From Podarcis melisellensis (lineage: Eukaryota), in assembly GCA_964234715.1 (NCBI GenBank), contig OZ174281.1: 64,000 nt of DNA, one strand, 5' to 3'. Shown here one piece after another: positions 60,521-64,000 of this stretch. The notes below the pieces were generated by a model. The model had not been told where the DNA came from and did not search any database. It saw only the letters and a program-made list of their open reading frames with translations. Each line of letters starts with the position of its first letter. Positions within the stretch are counted from its first letter, which is position 1. The translations under genes and the position numbers were made by a program.

Positions 60521-61201
60521 TTGGTTGATCTGATTAACATTCTATGCCTTTTTAAAATCTGTGTTCATTCTTCACTACTCTTTATACAACACATTGGTAG
60601 GGGTTTTTAATATAGTGATCTGTTCACTCTATACCAGCTAGACTAAGTTATAATACTCAGAATATAATGTTTTAAGCCCCTATATGTATTCCTGAGCCGT
60701 TAACTCTCCCAGAAGCAGATTTCTTCTTTCACTTATGCCTGGCAGAGATATACTGTGCCTTGTCCTATTTCTGCAAATCCTACAAACACAATACAGTTGA
60801 TGATTTCAAAGAGGAACAAAGCACCCTATTTTAAAAGCAATTTCTGCTCCAGCTGTTCAAATAACAGCATATTGATATTTGTCTGTGTGTGTGTACACAA
60901 CTAGGGACACTGATTATATTCTTGCTGAGTTGTTTTTATTTTATTTTAAAATGTCCAGGATAGAATGACCACAGGGCAGTTTATAATTCCACTCACAGAG
61001 AAGTTCTGTAGCTGATGGTTGCTAAATAACTTTACAATATAATAGCAGCACCCCTTTCGACAAGGCATCACAAAGTCTGAAGGCTGGTAACTTTAAAAAA
61101 TGATCAACAACTAATAGGATATTGTTCAACTCATTATGAACTTCTACTGTCTAAAAACTACACACACACGGGGACACAGAGGTGTCTCATTCATAAACAT
61201 A

Positions 61202-61437
61202 AAGTGGTACCTTGGTTTGAGAACAGCTTAGTTTATGAACAACTTGGAATAAGAACGCTGCAAAACTAGAAGTAGGTGTTTTGGTTTGTGAACTTTGCCT
61301 TGGAAGCAGAACATGTTTCGCTTCCTGTTGAGTGTGTTCTATTTGCAAATTGAGTCCCCCGCTGCTATGGGAAAGCACACCTTGGTTTAAGAACGGACTT
61401 TCGGAATGGTTTAAGTTCATAAACCAAGGTACCACTG
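61202..61437. mobile_element. Tigger-like MITE
   Basis: agtggtaccttggttt...aaaccaaggtaccactg. Confidence 0.85.
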
Positions 61438-61445
61438 CACTTTCA

Positions 61446-61664
<219 letters not shown>

Positions 61665-62278
61665 CTACTCAGCTGGATAAGGAAACTTGCAAGAGCAATT
61701 AATGAGGAAAGAAAAGTCAGAATATAAAGTTAAAACTGAATCAGGCCCTCTGACACTCATCCATTCAGATGTTATTAACAAACGTGTGTTCGTCTAGCAG
61801 TTAAAGATTCTAACCATCAATCTATTCTGCATCAATAAGTTCCAAGGATCCACCATGAGTTGCCTTAATTTCATTCTAATGTTGCTGCATTTTGATCCTG
61901 TTTTGTGCCTCTTTGTTTTCTTTAAAACTGAAACACAGAATTCTTATTCGCATTCTGCAAACCATTTTCTATGCCCCAACACCATTTAGAATTGGCTCTT
62001 TAGATTGCATCAATTTGGCAATTATTTGTATTAATTTGAAAAATCAATAGAAATAAATAGCAGGAAAAAATTAAGTTGGCTCTTTATAGAGCTGGTGGAC
62101 CCCATTAGTCTTCAGCTTCTCATAACGCAGGTATCATGTCTCTGAATCTGACTTTTTTTTAGGACAGTGGTGTCACATGGACAGAGGGCTGTTGTTTTTT
62201 TAACAACACCCCCCCCTCTCTCTCTCACACACACACTCATAACTGATTATTTGCTATAGAAAAAACCAGCTCCCTTAC

Positions 62279-62348
62279 CCAAGTGACGAAACAGTGACCA
62301 ACATCTTCAGGAAGCTGCTCATATTTTTCTAGCTCTTTCAGGAATATA
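62279..62348 (-). CDS. TRIO: TRIO coding exon (DH1; ~human exon 26), 70 nt
   Basis: ttttacag|T ATA TTC CTG AAA GAG...ACT TGG|gtaagg; encodes [23 protein letters not shown], matching TRIO DH1 as I recall it. Confidence 0.96.
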
Positions 62349-62526
62349 CTGTAAAACAACAACAAAGTGACAAAATTATTTTCAAAGTCCTTGCCAGATT
62401 TTCATTAGGATACCCAAAAATCTTAAGTAGTGGCCATAAACATATACGTACATATACCCGTGTAAAATTATCTGTAAAATCCAGTTTCAGCTGAAGTATT
62501 TACGTTCGACTAATAGTAACAGAATA

Positions 62527-62893
62527 GGGACGCGGGTGGCGCTGTGGGTAAAAGCCTCAGCGCCTAGGACTTGCCGATCAAAAGGTCGGCGGTTCGAATC
62601 CCCGCGGCGGGGTGCGCTCCCATCACTCGGTCCCAGCGCCTGCCAACCTAGCAGTTCAAAAGCACCCCCGGGTGCAAGTAGATAAATAGGGACCGCTTAC
62701 AAGTGGGAAGGTAAACGGCGTTCCGTGTGCTGCGCTGGTCCGCCAGATGCAGCTTGTCACGCTGGCCACGTGACCCGGAAGTGTCTGCGGACAGCGCTGG
62801 CTCCCGGCCTCTAGAGTGAGATGAGCGCACAACCCTAGAGTCTGTCAAGACTGGCCCGTATGGGCAGGGGTACCTTTACCTTTAACTTTACCT
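62527..62893 (+). mobile_element. Sauria SINE (second subfamily), full length
   Basis: CpG-intact body; TSD taatagtaacagaa at 62511-62524 and 62894-62907. Confidence 0.95.
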
Positions 62894-63163
62894 TAATAGT
62901 AACAGAAGAATTAAAAGGATGCTACGTGCTACGGATTTCCTCACAGAACTAAATGCAACTTCGAAATTGCTTTACTTTGGTTGGACCACACAATCAACAT
63001 TTTACAGGAAAGGTGTGACGACAGCAGCAGCCAAACTTCATAAAACCCGCTTCTACTCTACCACGAAGGGCTAACTCAAGCTGCCCCCAATTGGGCCTTG
63101 AACACACAGTGGGTTATAACAGAGTTAGAAATTATGGCGCACTGTGGAAACCCAATTAATATA

Positions 63164-63394
63164 CAGTGGTACCTCAGGTTACAAACACCTTGGGTTACAA
63201 ACACTTCGGGTTACAGACTCCGCTAACCCGGATGTAGTACCTTGGGTTAAGAACTTTACCTCAGGATGAGAACAGAAACCGTGTGGCGGCAGTGGAAGGT
63301 CCCATTAGCTAAAGTGGTACCTCAGGTTAAGAACGGTTTCAGGTTAAGAACGGACCTCCGGAACGAATTAAGTTCGTAACCAGAGGTACCACTG
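63164..63394. mobile_element. Tigger-like MITE
   Basis: TA-cagtggtacctc...gaggtaccactg-TA. Confidence 0.9.
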
Positions 63395-63399
63395 TATCT

Positions 63400-64000
63400 C
63401 CCATCCTGATCTAGTTTCAGCACAACAGTGAAGATGAGCAAATGACAGACTCCTAGTTACATACTCAGAACTGATTTGGCTATAATCCAGCGTAGCATAC
63501 TGAGGAGCCAAGATAGGGCCTAAAGACAGCCCCAAATCTCTGTATATGTCCACACAGAGCAGAGGTGCTGTGATGGTTTGTGTATGCTCTTCGCAATAAG
63601 CACCCTCTGCTCACTCAGAGAAATATTTACAGTTCTTTATTTTACATATGTACAAGCAGCACAGTACAATCATGCATCTGCATCTTCTGGTTCAGATTCA
63701 AGGAGTGGTCGTCTGCTTTTCCTCCAACGGAAAAGGCGGGGAAGCTTCATGAGACATCTCTGATCCCTGCGCTTTAATCCTCTCCTTTCCTGTGCCGAAG
63801 GCACAGGCATAGGCTCCCCATCTGTACCTGAGCTTCCTGTGCAGTGCTGGGGCTCTGCCTCAGTATCGGAGAGCCTTTCTGCCTCCTGGCTCTCTCCCTC
63901 TTCCCCTTCCGTCACTTCCTTTCTGTCTCCTTCTGACTGTTCCTGCCCTGACTCTTCTCTTCTCCTCCAGCTCAAAGGCATTCCTTGGCAGTCCCGTGAC
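63400..64000 (-). mobile_element. Probable solo LTR (Gypsy-like), cut by the window edge
   Basis: minus strand starts (t)gtcacggg..., has a Glu-rich then Arg-rich short ORF and an AATAAA near 63636-63641; left boundary uncertain. Confidence 0.5.

Overview
Eukaryotic genomic DNA, most likely from a squamate and probably a lacertid lizard (Sauria/Squam1 SINEs, Squam3-type SINEs, CR1, L2, BovB, Penelope). The whole window lies inside the TRIO gene (Rho/Rac GEF) on the minus strand. Fifteen consecutive GT-AG coding exons were reconstructed from 62348 down to 1111. Their phases chain without a frameshift and they encode the C-terminal part of DH1, PH1, SH3-1, the inter-GEF linker and the start of DH2. 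From memory these correspond to human exons about 26-40. The Trio8/Solo alternative terminal exon (HYVDLCSVSALAQFPYLSI*) is at 7048-7107. The most interesting signals are hidden alternative-isoform elements: (i) a TGCATG-flanked 57-nt stop-codon exon upstream of the Solo exon; (ii) a phase-compatible alternative first exon with promoter-like context inside the 23-kb intron (Duet-like, GEF2-only isoform); (iii) several weaker cassette or poison exon candidates; (iv) a minimal hammerhead ribozyme in a Penelope insertion on the sense strand; and (v) a perfect 70-bp palindrome. Most entries in the ORF track are spurious intronic ORFs. Repeat boundaries are approximate unless target-site duplications (TSDs) are given.
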